Shown piece by piece: positions 38,438-53,263 of a stretch of DNA of 64,000 nucleotides. Location: assembly GCF_000181795.1 (NCBI RefSeq), contig NW_003526943.1, positions 6,965,566 to 7,029,565 on the forward strand. Direction: 5' to 3'. Position 1 is the stretch's first letter; every line of letters starts with the position of its first letter. The notes beneath the pieces are model-generated. The model saw only the letters and a list, made by a program, of their open reading frames with translations. It was not told the DNA's origin and ran no database searches. This stretch comes from Trichinella spiralis. Lineage: Eukaryota. Both the position numbers and the translations under genes were made by a program.

Positions 38438-41400
38438 CCATTTTCTATTCTGAACGTTATCTATTCTTATTCTTATTATTATTCAGAGCGATTGTTTGTT
38501 TTAGTTATGCAAATTTGAATTTCAAAAAGTACACTGCTTTTTGCATGTTTGTTCATCTTTTTTATGTTAAATCAGTGACAGTGTGTATGCGGTTCATTTC
38601 GATTTTTTTCCTTCTTTCCTTTCATTTTGTAAAAGCCGATGTGCATTTGAACAGATCCGAAATTGAAGCAACAATAAATACAACAAATTGAGAATAAATT
38701 GATTGTTTTGGAAGGTGAAATTTTAAAGTATCCGTATCTATATCTGTGTATTGATATTTAGCTTTCATGTCAGATTGATTTCGTGTTTGCACTTAATATT
38801 TTTCTAATGTGAAAATGCTGATTATAAAATTAGGGAGGGAAAAAGACATTTTTTACTTTTAAAATTCAATTTACAAAAATCAGTTCAAATCATGATATGG
38901 AAAAATTAAAATTGGCAACAAGCATTTTAAAAGTGTTGAATATTGGTTATTTTTCTTGACTATCAGAGACCAGATGTAATGCAATGAAGATTAATCAAAA
39001 GTCAATAATATATTATTTAAAGTAAAAAAAGAAAATGGATAATGTAATTTGCATATATTCTCAGAGTTGTTCTTGTGATGGTAGTAAGCAGTAGTTGTAG
39101 GTTGTCAATTTTGCTGGTATCACAGAGTGGAATATAATATTTTTAGTTTATATAATTTGTGAATTCATTTTCAATTTGTTAAGTACTTGGTAGTGTTATT
39201 TATTGATTTCATTAAGTGAAATTTTCTCAACTGTCGTGTGAACAGCTCTTTTTCCAACTGTAAGCGTAATAAACACCAACAGGCGTCGTAATTCTTAATT
39301 GGATGACTTCCAAGCTCTTATCTGTTGAATGCATTAGCATTCAAAGCAAATATAATGTGAAACTGAATCACATTTCAATTATGCATAAAAAGGGGGTTAA
39401 AAATTCTAATTTCGTAAGATAATTCCAATTATTCATGCATTTATTTTTTCATATTTCATTGTTCATTTGCAATCCACTATTACTATGAATAAGTAGTAAT
39501 TAATAATTTTCTTATGTATGATAATATTTTAAATTGAATTTTTTCTTCAAAATCCAACTTATAAAATAATCAACTTGTTTCATTTGAAGTGTAAAGTTAA
39601 CAACGGAAACAATACATTCGATTGTTTCAGCTTTGATGAAACATTTCCTCCAATTTCACGTAATGAATATGAAGTAGAAAAAATTGTATATTTTCTTTTC
39701 TTTTTTTGAGATAATAATTTTTATTTTAAATTTATTAAATATTAAATAAAAATTCAAAATTGATCAACCTCACAGCAGAACAGTATATATATGAAATTTG
39801 CCCATGTCAACGGTCAAATTTACTGTACTTTACAATTAATGGATATGTAAGAATTGTTGTCGCTTGACCAGTCATTCAGCCAGTCAGTCACTCAGCATAC
39901 TGTGTCGATCGTCTGTGTGTGTGTGGTGCAAGTTTGTTATTCACCTCCATGTTGGAGTTCAATTTTGTCTTTTGTTTCAAAAAAATTACATTTTAATTAT
40001 TAAACTTTATGCATACATTTGAAATTATTGCAAAATGGAAATGAAGTTCACCAAACCAAATGAAATGCATCGAATGAAACACTTTTTATGAAGGTGAGCA
40101 AAATGTATTTATTATTTTTGAAGATACATCAATCGCAACATTTGCATACGTTTGAAGGATAAAATGATTTCAAAATTTTTCAAAAAGAATATAAGTTTCA
40201 TATTCTTTTTTTGCTTTATTTCATCACTACAAACTTGACCAAGTTTAATGAGAAAAGTGATCGATTAATTTTTTTAATGACAAATTAAATGAAATTTCAT
40301 TTTCTGCATTTCTAAAATTATTGCGCAAACGTTTTCTATTGTACAATTTTTAAAATCATTTTCCAGCAACACGTTTATTATGCTGCTTCTGCTCATGCTT
40401 GTTGTCTTTGTGCTATGTATTGAAAAGTTACATTTCTCAGTAAAAAGTAAAAATTATTTAATAATAATAGCAATTATTCAACGAATAAAATGTAATTGGA
40501 TTGTAAAAAAGATTTCTTGTTCAGATGAAATTTAATAATTTCACTTGTTGAAAGTGAGACAGTGTTGAAGCTGATTTGCAATTAATTGTTAATAAGAATG
40601 TTCAAAAATGACAATGTCATGTTAAATTTAATAGCAACAACAACAGAAAGCTAACCAAATAATTTTGCATTAATAAATGATTCAACTTTAATGTGAAATA
40701 TGTCGTTCGTCGTTATTTTTTCCCTTTTTCTTTTGTAATCTTGTGAACAGTTGTCAATGGGAAAATTAGCTGAATTTGGAATTGTACGTTTGGAGAAAAT
40801 TTTTTTGCATAAAGCAGGTAACAGGCTTTGCAGTCGAATTTCCACTAGTGGAATATTTTCGCGTCCACTTGCGAACAAATCCCGCCGTTAAGCAGCGCTC
40901 TTGTCTCTGTCATTCTCATTATTGGGCAAATAATTTGAAAACTCTCATTCAATTTGTGCAAAATGCAATGATTCAAATCAATCAATTTACTTTTAATCAC
41001 ACAATACAAAGCAGCTGAAGTCGCCAAAGTGACTGCAAAACTTTTAACCGAGCTTTCTACACACAATCCGAGCTTTGTTTGTTTGTTTGTTTGTTTGTTT
41101 ATTTGTTCAACACATTCAACTTTTTTCAGTTGCCATTTTTTGAGCAAATTTCCCACAATTCTCCAAGTAAGTTTTTTTCTGGATTATATTTCAAATTTAA
41201 ATTTTAAATTATTTAAAAAGAAGAAAAATTCAATTTTTGAAAGTTTCATTTGGAAATCTTAAAAATCTTGTTTAAACCAAACTACAAGTATCGTGAAAAT
41301 CTTTTTCATCAATGTCATAATCTTTACTTTAATTGAACGTAATTGAAAATATTTTATCTGTTCAAAATGAATCTTTGAATTTCAAAAATTATCAAAAATA

Positions 41401-44400
41401 AATAACCATGAACTGCTGTTACTGTTCAATTTTCTATTGCATTTTATTAGAAGAGCAACTTCATTCCTGTGGCGGATTATTTTTGTTGGCTTGAACAAAA
41501 TTGAATTATTTTCAATAACTTTTATTTAAATATCCAATAAAAAGCTTCACTTGAGCGTGGATTAAGAAATTCGAATAAGATGACTGACGCGAGATGCGTG
41601 AAAAATTTTACTCTCTCCACTTGATTTGAAGATAATTTTCTCAATTAAAAGAATTTTTTTGCTTAATTTACCGGAATGAATTTTGAAATTTTTTCGAAAA
41701 ATTAATTTCTACAAAATTGAAATTGAAATGAAAAATCAATTATCAAAAAGTAGCACGGTAATTTATGATTAAAAAAATAATTAAATTAGTAAACGAACAA
41801 TAAATGCTTTTGAATGTTCTGCAGTTCAAGAAAAAAGAAATGCATACCAGAGTTGGAAACAAAGCGTGCACACTTTTGCAATGCATGACACGTTTTATTA
41901 ACTTTTAGTAAAGTTGATTAATATCAAATTTAAGAAATTTATACATAAATTGAGATTAGTTACTGAATAATTATAGGAAATAATATATATATATATTCAT
42001 GTGAATTTTAATATTTTTTCATGAAAAAACTTCTTTTGAAATTTGTATTGCTTTGTTGCATTGCTATTTCAAAAAAATTACATTTTTAAAAGTAAATAAT
42101 GCTGTTTATTTATTTGTGACAAATTTTGCACACAAACAGTTGTTCTGAGATTTAAAATTAAAAATGATGCATAAATTTCTGCATTACAATGTCGAACAAA
42201 GTATTTGTATGAAACTCAATTTGCTCGCATTTCACAATGTAGTAGGAGAGTTTGATTTGGTTGATAATGAATAATTTTACCAGCTTAATCGAATTACATG
42301 AACGAACAGCCATTCAAAAGTGGTGATAAAATTTTTAAAACCGGCCATTTCTTCTGCTTTTATATGCCCACATCACCGAGTGTTGTCAGTGTTAGCGCCT
42401 TTGCAACTTTGAAACTACAGTCCGCATTTGCATCTCTTGAGAGTTGTATATTTTTAATCATCTCGAGCAATTTCCCAAACAAGATGCTCGAAAATGCTGC
42501 AACACTGGCGTCACTTTCAGTCATCTACATCAGTTTATCATAATTTTAACCAATTCACAAGCTCAATCTGAACTTTGATACTTGAGTTTGAAACTTTTGT
42601 AAATTCTACCGCATTATTTAGTTTATAGAAGTTGATGGAAAGGAATTCGACTAAATTGAGAATAGTTTTTTTGATTTGGCTCCAATAATTTAATTTAACG
42701 TAAATGCTTTATAATTTAACGTAAAATCAAAATGCGTTTTTTAAATAATTCTTAAAAACAAACACGAAATATAAGGATATTATGATAATGCCATACAGTG
42801 AAATACCGTATTACTATTTTAACTGTTTCATATATCACCAGCGTTGTTCATTTTCTTTCACTTTTTCTGCAATTCTTTTCAATTTACTGTTATTTTAAAT
42901 GATTATTATTATTTTTAAAATTAAATTATCCTTGAAAATTAAAGTCCTTGATATAAATTCAATTTTCTATACTTAAAATATAATATATCATCACTGGGAT
43001 TACGGTGGAAGTATATTTTTATGAAATGTATAAATAGACAATTATAATTTACTTATAAGCACTATTTTAACAATTTTTTATAAAACTTATTTAAAAAATA
43101 AACTTTGCAAAATTTATCTTTATTGGTTAAAAAGTGAATATTTATTATTTTTTATATTATTGTTCGTGTATTACTTGTAAAGTATAAATTCATAAAAATA
43201 ATTTTATTTATTATTCATTTATTAGCAAAACATATGCAATTACTATTCAAGTTAAACTGTAATTGTGAAATGGAACTTTAAATTTTAAAATGTAATGCAT
43301 TTTGATTTACAGGTAAAGTAACACATTCAACAATACTATTCAATAATTCAGTTTGATCGTTTAGTTTAATATGTCCATATCCAAAAAATTATTCCGTTAT
43401 GAGTATTTCAAAAAATAAAAAAAGGTAAATCACTGTGAACCAATGCAAATACGTATTTTACTGTAATTATTAAAGTTGCAATATGGCGTGCAATTAAAAA
43501 AACTGAAACACTCAAACTGAAGCTTATTTCTTTCTTTTTTAAATTTACTGTTCATATTTTCAGGTTCCATAAGCATCAACTAGTTATATTGTTGAATGGC
43601 AATGTGGAACAGAAGATTAACATTAACTGAACTTCAATCTACTCGGCATCACCGGAATGTAATTATTTGTTTTTATGTAATGTTAAATTTAATAAAAGAT
43701 TTTCTTTTTCAAGAAGGAAAATATAAATTTTAATATTAAGCAATATATGTCATGACAAAAGTGCTTCTGAGGTTCAAGTGAAGTTGATTTTTGAAAAATT
43801 ATAAGAGAAATGACATTTGCTATTATTTTATGCGCAATGAATCAATGATGGAAGCTGTAGCTGCGTGCTAATAGTTTCATTTTTGTTATTTCAATTTCGA
43901 ATAATTTTACAAACTCAATTCACTTTACACAGTGTTTATGAATGGCAACATTTTCGTAATTGAAAAATCAAGCAATATATATATATATATATATCATCGA
44001 ATTTGTTTTTCAAAGTATTAATTGGTATAAAATGATTTCACGCTTGATCTGTCAATCAAACCGTTTGCAGTCAATTTTATAAAGCATTTTACTTGGCAAT
44101 TATCACTGTAAATTTTTACTAGAATTAGCAAATTAACAAAAGTCTCAGATTGTATTCTATAAATAAAATGAAATGAATGAATGGGCTTTTACTTTTAGGC
44201 TCAACAAGCAAAACAGAGTGTAATTTTTGTACCACAGAGAAATCGCTTGACTCTTTTCGGGGAAAAGCGCAACAAAAGACCGAAGAAAGTCCCCCGTGAT
44301 TTAGAGGTACTTGTTACATAATATTTTTGGTATTTCATTTATATTTATATTCATATTTGTTGCTTTTGCTTCTAACATTACATATAAATCAGCTTCTTTA

Positions 44401-46294
44401 TCTGCTGTTAGTCGGTGCTTGTAAGCATTCACTTGCTTTCACTTTTTCTACTTTCAATGAAAATTTATTCATTCTTCATTTTCTAGCTTGATAAATTTCA
44501 ATTTTATTAATAATTTTACATAATACACCATTATTTTACATAAAAATTTACCTTTCTTCCCATTTTTTCATCATTCAGATTATTCTTTCGCTGAATGGAG
44601 TAATATTGAATTCAATCGACAGCTTACTTTGATATGTTTGATTAAACTATATCATTCTTCAGTTGCTTTATCCGCAGAGAATTTTTTCTGTGCTTTTCAA
44701 TTTTACAAACTCATCCATTGTCTATCTATAAGTCCATATAATAATTAATAATAATAACAACAGTCCCACCCTTTCTTTCTCTCACAGTGAAAAAACTTTA
44801 TTACTTGCATATTCACAGTTGCTGAAAAGTGCAAAATTGAAACGAAAAGTATATTTTACAAATGAATAGATATTGAATTTTATTTTTATTCAAACATATA
44901 TGCATATACATATAATTTTAAAGTTAAAACATTTTTTACATTTCTTCATTTCAAACCGCTTGATTTGGTTAAGTGAAAGTCTTTTAAAAGCAGAATTTGA
45001 TTAGTTTCCGAGTGATTAAAGACTTCATTGCAAGGTTGAGTTCAGTTTAGCGAAATTTACCAACACGATGCAGCAAATCGAAAAATGGGAATTCATTAGT
45101 GGGCAAAATAGCACCAAATGACACTGAAGCTATACCTCGTCATAATATTGAAGCCTTTGTACGGGCATGCATTGCACCATCATTATCATCGTTCATTACC
45201 CTTTCTTCTTGCAAATGATCATCATCAAACGGCATGTTTTGCTTTGCTATTATTCTTTCATTTAATTTCATCTATTTTTAGTTTCTTTTCCATTCATGAA
45301 ATGAATCAGGTAACAATTTTCACAGCTTAAATAATAATAATAATTATTATTATTATTAAAAGGTAAAAATCTTTCAAATCCAATTAAACATTATAATATT
45401 AACAATTATGCATAGTATCTATCACATGAGGCTTTACATAAATATTATTAATAGCAGTTGCATTGTTAAACTGTTGTCTAGCTTTCTGTTAACTATACTT
45501 ATAACTTCTATATAGTTGTTCGTTTATGTAAAGATTATCAAAATTGGAAAATAGCGTGTCAAAAGCGGTTCAAAAGCACAGCTTTTTGGATGTTTTAGAG
45601 TAAATTGCTTGAAGTAGGGATGGTTGAAGCCTTTTTCAAGCTTAGAGGAATCTGTTTGTATGAAACTTGTCCTGTGTCATTGAATTCCTTTTTCTTTGCT
45701 CAGTCGAGTTGTCAAAAAAAATCGATTAGTCAATGAACGCTTGTGTTGACGATAAGCGCCAAACGGCGACGGCGATTTGCCGCTGATTCCAAAGTGAAAA
45801 ATGTAAAATTCAGCTTGTTGGACAAAGTCACGGAAAATGTTGACTCGTTCTCTTCACAAATGTCCCATTGCGTACATTGTTTCTACACTTGTAAGCTTTT
45901 CAAATACTTTTCAACAAGCAGCTGATGATTTTGATTTGCAAAGCAAAACTGAAGCCACACCCAGTCCACTGTAGCACATAGCACGGCCAGTGTTCGCGGC
46001 TGGACGGTTAATCCGGCTTGACAGAGCACCGGATTTTTTCCTCCCCAATTCCATGCAGTTAACTGTCACGCTCGGCTGAACTGGTGACTTGAGGAAGGCT
46101 TAAAAAATTTTTTGGATCGATGGCCGCGGACCGAACCGTCCTCGCTGAACCAGTGCCTGATTATCCGTCAGTGTTGAGGTGTGAATTTGGTTACTGGCAC
46201 GAGTTACATTTTTCTTCACGAGCTTCTCTTTCTCTCTTTTTCGCGCTTTTTCAGACTCTTTCCGCTGCCCATACCTTGGATAGGTCAGCATCAT

Positions 46295-46360
46295 ATGTGT
46301 GACAACCGTTGGAATTCGCGTAGACAAGAGGAGAGGCGTCAACGCCGGATCCAAACAAAG
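46295..46360 (+). CDS. Candidate distal alternative first coding exon of the K2P channel gene
   Basis: ATG-initiated 66-nt exon (MCDNRWNSRRQEERRQRRIQTK) ending AAG|GTAGAC in phase 0, compatible with the phase-0 acceptor at 51553. It lies at the end of a locally GC-rich, promoter-like segment (~45750-46290). Confidence 0.5.
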
Positions 46361-49300
46361 GTAGACTTGTACTCTTTAAAAAAAATTAAAAACAAAACAC
46401 TTCACTCTCACACACATTTTATACTTTTTAATTTATTTAAATTTACATACTGATGCATTGGTATTAGTTGATATTTAAATGTGTTGAATTCTTTATTTTC
46501 TTAAAACTTCCTACAAAAGTATGTCTTTTTATTGCTTCATATCTTCTTCATTTCATTCATCACGCAGAAGTGGCATTTATTTCATCAAATTATATAATCA
46601 TATTTTCTTATCAATAAAATAATGAACATCATATTTATACTGTTTCGGATATTTCATTTTTATGTGAAAACTGTTTCATAACTGTTCTTTAATAAAATAA
46701 GTATGGGAAATTCTGTTTCAAAGAATAAATTCCAACTGTAATATTTTAATGTCCAAAATTCATCGCTTCATTGTGTCTTTATTAACTTAAGCCAAGTGGA
46801 CAGCTTTCATTTGTTTAGTTTGCAATTAAATAAGCGATTTTGAATACAGATGAACGAGCGAGTATTTGTTTAATAGAGCTGATATAAAAGCTTTTGGAAA
46901 ATTTTTATTTTCTTTTTTTATAAGGCAGATTGCTTTGCATCATTTTTAATAGTGATTATTGATTTATTCAAGTTTCCTTAATTCTTTTGGATGCTTAATC
47001 TTGATTCTTTCGTGATACTATGATTTTGGTCCCAATGTAATGCTATTATTGACTATTCAGCTAGCTCATAGCTGAAGCAGAGTGTATTACATTTATGTTT
47101 TATTGATGGCATAGTACTATCTGACGACAAGTATATCTAAAATAACTGCTTTCAAATGAACGCTAATATTCCAAAAATGATGCTCTGCACGTGCATTTAT
47201 TTATCTGCATGAACGTGCGCTGCTGCACATTTTTGGACTGCAAGCTTAATATTCCAGAAAATTTTTCTTCAATGCTTTTGATACTGGAATGTGAAGTTTT
47301 ACTATTATATCGTAATAAATGGCATTTTATGCTATTTATGGTGAAATTATTCACATGTTCAATTTCAATATTTTTCTGGTGTTTAGCATCCACTGGTGAT
47401 AATTATTAAAATTTAACAATAATAAATAAGTAATTGTATTTAATTAATTTTAGATGTTAACTTTTTTTCTTTCTATTATGATTCTTGTTCTTTAAATATC
47501 ATATCTACAGTTCCAGAGAGGAAGAGAGAAATTCAATGAAATTACTTTTGCACATTTGCATGTGATGTAAAGCAAAGAAGAATTTATGAAAATATACTTT
47601 TTGTTTATAAAATATTTGATGCATCGCTGTTTTAATACTATGTGAAGTGTATTTTTTAGCATAAGTAATTTGTTTTTCATTGACTGTGCTAAACTAATAT
47701 TTGCTTTCAGTATTCAAAAATAATGACGACACTTTTCAGAGTCATACATGAATTTTAATTTAAGCGAAGTGATAAATGAGTGTTAACTCGTGTCAATAGA
47801 ATAAGGTTGAAATATTTATAATTTTTCATGGAATTTCTGACGTGAACAATAAGTAATATGCTTTTTGGCAAAATTATACATAATGCACTATTTTTACTGT
47901 CGCATTTTTTACGCTGTGCAGTATTATTTAATGAATATTATCATTTTCCAACGTTTACTTTATTAATATTAATATCAAACATTTTATACCATGATTAAAA
48001 TTGTAAATTTTTCACCGTGACTGTAATAATGCAATAAAGAATAACTGTTACCACAATGATATGTGAGTAGAAAAATTTAAATGAAATTTTTTACTAAGTT
48101 ATTCATTTATCTGTACATCAATTATCTGAATTGGATAGATTTATTATTGTTTATACAAAACTATACCAATGCTAAATTTAGCTTCATTTATATGAACGAG
48201 GTACAATGACTCCTAAAGTGCTTATCTACATCGCCTGGAGATCATTTTTTGAACTCTGACGTGTTTGCTGTTCGTTGCAAGAAGCAGTTTGAAATATGTT
48301 AAGTTCAAAATTCCCTGAACATTGTGAGTGATCACCAAAGAATTAAAATAAATTTGTCCCCATCAATCTGCCCGCCTGAGCAGTCAAATTTGAAGTTGCA
48401 AGTGGCAAAAATTCTTCTTGACTTTGACAAGTGTAGATCAGTCGTTCAAACGTTCAACAGCAATTAGCAGATAGCTTCTTATTTCTGATAGTGAAATATT
48501 TTTTAATTGACCATAAGATCTATTTGATATGTAGTTTGTAATTATTGCTCATGACAGCTTATTAGCTGTTACTAATTACTGTTGAGATGTCAAATTGAAA
48601 AAGCTCTATTAGATGTATTGAAGAAAAAAATTAACATGATCGCAGATATTCAGTGTTTTCAGAATATTTTTGAAAAACACAGTTTAATCAGTAAAATACA
48701 TTTTGAAATAAGTTACTTGAAAGTTTTTACAAAACTAATGTTATAAGAGATGATTTTAATGATTCAATGATAGAGGCACATAAAAAAATATCATGCTATT
48801 TACTGTACAGTAAAATCAATTAATTTTTAAAGTTGAATTAAAAAATTTCAATCATGACGTTGCAAAAGCAAACACTGTTGTTGCATATGCAACTTTGTTA
48901 AAATTGCAAATCAATTTTGAAGTATTTTTTAAATTTTGCATGATTTTTTACAATTTAATTAAAGCAAAAATGGAAATTTTTGCTATTTTTCAAAAAAGTT
49001 ATTATTTCATTTTGACATATGAAATGCAGAATTATTAAAATTCAGCACAGAAGTAAATTTCTCAACTGTCGCGCTGATGTGAAGCAGCAAGTCAACTGAG
49101 CAAGTACTGAACGGTGCTTCATCTTCTGACAATCGGTGTTTCTCAACTGTGTGAATAATGAGTCATGCAATGGATTAATGTGATTAGCTGGTTTGAGTCA
49201 ATTTTAGCGCTTCTGAAAAGGGCCATGCATTCTCTGGGGAAAATCATTGTCCCATTTTCCCTTTCTAATTACATCTTTCCGGTGAGAGCATGCTGTAAAC

Positions 49301-50842
49301 AAAGGATAAAGTGATGCAAATGAAGTAAACAATTACACCGGCCTAATTGACAGTATACGACTACTTGTTAAATTAGCATATTTGTTTGTATAATTAAATT
49401 TGTAAAATAACAAATATTATTCATTTGCTTATTTGCATCATCAATTATGTGAAATGAAAATTTTGAACATTATCTTTAACTATGAATATATCATGAAATA
49501 TTTTTGCATTAATTTATTCATTTTACGTTTCTCAAAGTAATAACACATTTTATATCCACAGGAAAAATTTCTGTCGATAGTGAAATTGTCTGAAATAATA
49601 GTTGCTGTTCTTTTTTTAGTAAATTTAATTTTTTGGAATTTTCATACAATAAAACAAAAATTCCAAAGAAGAAAGGTAAATAATTTTAATGCATTTTATT
49701 ATACTGAAAAAAATTCTAAATTGTTGAATATGAAATCAAATAGCATGGCATCCGTTAATCCGTTATACTTTTCAAGTTTTCCTTTGAATTTATAACTTTA
49801 TAATATTTTTAAATTGAACAACCCCGTTTTTTATTAAAATATATTTGTTTATTAAAAATGCTTTACATGATAAGTAGCATATTTCAGAGTAATGTTTGTT
49901 CATCAAATGTCAAGAATGTGTTCATTCTTTGCATAATAAATGCACTCAGTTTTTTACCACATAATGATTATTATTGATAATAATAATTAGTATAATATAG
50001 CAAATTTGAATAAACTGATATTATATACTGAATTTTGAATTAATATTGTTCATTTCAACGAGCAATGAATGCTTTTGGATTGTTCTTGAGGTTCAAATGT
50101 CTATGTTTCTTGGAAAAGAAAACTTAAAGTATAAAAAATGGAAAATTTCCACGTGTCCGGTGCATATCCAGATTTTTTGTGCTTCTAACAGGTTTAAAGT
50201 TCTTTTAAAAGAATGTCATTCCAACTATTGATCTTATTCCAGGTAGATATTGTAGAAGAAAAAAAAAGAAGCCTACCTTTATTACTTTCACTTCATTCAT
50301 ATGATAAATTGTGTTCGAAAAGAATTTAATAAAATTTTTCTGAAAGAAAAATTTTTCTCAACGCCTGGGCATTTTTGAAATATGCCAGTTGAGTTTTTGC
50401 CTCTCCGAAGTAGATTGATCTGTTTTGAAAATGAAAATTTCAACGAATGGATGCTATTTCTGATTGTTCTTTTTTGATGAGCAAGTACCTGCAAAAACAT
50501 CAGGGTATTTCATTCATAGGTGAAAAGTAAAAATTAACGGTTGACCAAAAGCCACAAGGGTAGTGAAGTGATTTCCGTTTTCTGATTCATCTGATTTTAA
50601 TCTGGTTGAACAATCAGTTCCCCCGGTGCCTCTCTGATCAACTTGAAACCGCTAACCCCTGTACACGTCAGGGGCAATTTCCAGACCATTCCAAACCAAA
50701 CACATCTGCCAATGCTGTTTTGCACGATCAATAAAGCAAGCAGATCGGATAAAAGAGCGAAGGTATGCAAGTCGAATGGGAAAACGTGTAAATTATTGCT
50801 TTCAGTTCAGCAATTATTAAAACCTCTCTGTTTCTTTCTTTC

Positions 50843-50880
50843 TTGCTTGCTTGCTTGCTTGCTTGCCTGCTTGCTTGCTT
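50843..50880. repeat. (GCTT)n tetranucleotide microsatellite
   Basis: ttgcttgcttgcttgcttgcttgcctgcttgcttgctt, just upstream of the proximal first exon. Confidence 0.9.
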
Positions 50881-50931
50881 TCTGGCTTTCTTTGCCGCTT
50901 TGCAATTAACAGCGGTTTTATTAATTCAAAG

Positions 50932-53263
50932 ATGGAACACAAAGTAGAAACTGCCATTATATTAGACGTGGGATCCAAATTTGACGTAAGTGGAGTTGAA
51001 TATTTTGCTTAAACAGCAAACGTTTAATTGTAAACTGAGAACGATTATCGTTGAAACAGCTGCAACAATTTGTCAAGCATGTTAATGATGATTTATTGGG
51101 TGTCAGACAGCAAATGCGTAGAAACAGGCGCTTGAAAGCGTTAAGGTCACTCGCTTTTGGCCTCTGGCAAATTCACCGCCATCGTTTAGCCAGATGCTAA
51201 TTTCAATCGTGAAAGCGTCGAATTTGTCGGCTGTTGTTTCTCTTTTATCCGTACCGCTCAGTGGAAATCGCATTGCAAAGAAAAAGCTCCAACTTGCTGC
51301 TAGATTTCATTTCTCTTCTATACATGAGTGTTTATTTTTTCTTTTGTTCACCATAAAATTCGAACTAAAGTATGTTGTCGAGTATATTAGCAATTTTTTA
51401 ATTTCCATTTTTCTCTTAAATTAATCTTTGCTTTGCAATGTAACCTGGCTTGAAAGCCTTTCTGTGACTTGTCACTGATACTTATATCACCTGTTGAGCT
51501 TTACAGCTGTGGATCTTTTTGTTTTTTTTTCTATTTTATTTTATCTTTGTAGAAAAAACACGAATACAACAAGTCCAACCGTAAAGCAAATGATATTGCC
51601 AATCCGGAAGAGTTGATCGAGTTCATTGACGAAGATGACGAACCAATGTACAAAACCACCGATCCAGCTGATGTCAAGGTACCAACAACAGTCGACGACT
51701 CCACTACATCACCTTCTGAATTGGCCATCAAATTTCCCTCAACATCCAACTATCAGGATGAAGAGGACGACGACGACGACGACGACGATGTAATCAGCTC
51801 AAGCACTGACAATTGGAGAACGGTATACAAGTGACAATTTGAATTTGTAGTGTATTTATTAAAATTTACTTATCTCTACATTGAAATATTTGTAGAAAAT
51901 GCGAGTAATTTTGCCTCACATTGGACTCATATTCATTACCGTTGTTTATACAATGATCGGAGCTGCCATTTTTCACCGGATTGAACTGCCCCACGAACGA
52001 CTGATGAAGCGGTACAGTTTGAATGAAATTGAAGCCAGTCGTCTGGTTTTGATACGCCAAATTTGGAATCTGGCCAAAAATCATACCGACAATGAACAAG
52101 TCGAGTTTGAAACGTTGGCTGCCAGGTCGTTCGACAATTTCACCGATCTGTTGTTCACGTCGTTCCACAAGCACTACTTGACTGCCAAAGAAATTGCAGA
52201 AAATCGTACAATCGACGAGTGGAGCTTTTCGGCAGCGGTATTTTTTGCCGTCACCGTGGTCACAACAATAGGTGGGTGGGAAAGTGGTTTCATAATTTTG
52301 CTTGTTTTTATTTTATTTCATTCTTGGTTTGAGATGAATAGAATTTCAGGCTTCGGCAATCCTGCTCCGGTGACTCTGACCGGTCGGGCGGTTTGCATAT
52401 GCTTCGCCTTGTTCGGTATCCCGTTGACGTTGGTCACTATAGCGGATATTGGGAAATTTTTCAGCGAATATCTCGTCTGGCAGTATGAGCGTTATTTGGA
52501 GTTGAAGTTCAAATTGCGGGAACGATTCGCCAGGTGGAAGAAGCGGCTAACTGGTCGGGGCAAAGAGCACAGCACGTCGTTCCTGGTCTGTGAGCAGTGC
52601 AAACAGAAACGCATGCTTGAACTGGAAGGCGGCACTGTGCCGGCGTCGGTGGTGATTGTCATCCTGGTCGGCTACACTGCACTGGGTGGATTTTTGTTCT
52701 GCAGCACCGAGATGTGGAACTATTTCGAAGCATTCTATTTTTCCTTCATCACCATGACCACGATCGGTTTCGGTGATCTGGTACCAAAACGGGGTACAAA
52801 TATGGCTGGCATTCTGCTCTACGTCATTCTCGGCCTGGTCATTACCACCATGTGCATTGATCTGGTCGGCGTGCAATACATAAGAAAGATCCACTACTTC
52901 GGCCGGAAGATCCAAGACGCCCGGACCGCGCTAGCGATCGTCGGCGGCAAGGTAATTTACGTGGGCGAATGGTACAATCAGATGCTGGCCAGATACAGAA
53001 ATGGTCTAACTGGCGAGCAGTTGAAGAACGGCTTCATCCTGCACGACGTCTACTTGACGAAACACCAAGTGCCCTTCATACCGAAAGATATCCGCCGCAT
53101 ACGGTACATTGATTGGAGCAGTGAAAGCGTTTCAAGTGTGGACAGTGCCTATGAGAATCGCTCTTGCAAATATTGTCATTGTCAACGTTGTCCAAAAGTG
53201 ATCACCACCACCACCTCTGCCTCTTCACCCAAAGCTAAAAGACGTCGCCGCTTTTTTCTATAA
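50932..53263 (+). CDS. twk-7: Two-pore-domain (K2P/TWK) potassium channel, TWK-7-like
   Basis: Exons 50932-50985, 51553-51822, 51896-52271 and 52350-53263. Four TM segments with two pore loops (FFAVTVVTTIG|FGNPAP and FYFSFITMTTIGFGDLVP). The tail ITTMCIDLVGVQYIRKIHYFGRKIQDAR...PFIPKDIRRIRYID matches my recollection of nematode TWK-7. Confidence 0.88.

Noticed and set aside
38700..45700. Short ORFs (e.g. 40845-41156, 42298-42543) as genes
   Set aside because: No domain, no phase-consistent exon chain, and composition typical of non-coding DNA.
51899..53263. 454-aa ORF as a complete single-exon channel
   Set aside because: It reads through a 78-nt intron and lacks the upstream exons.
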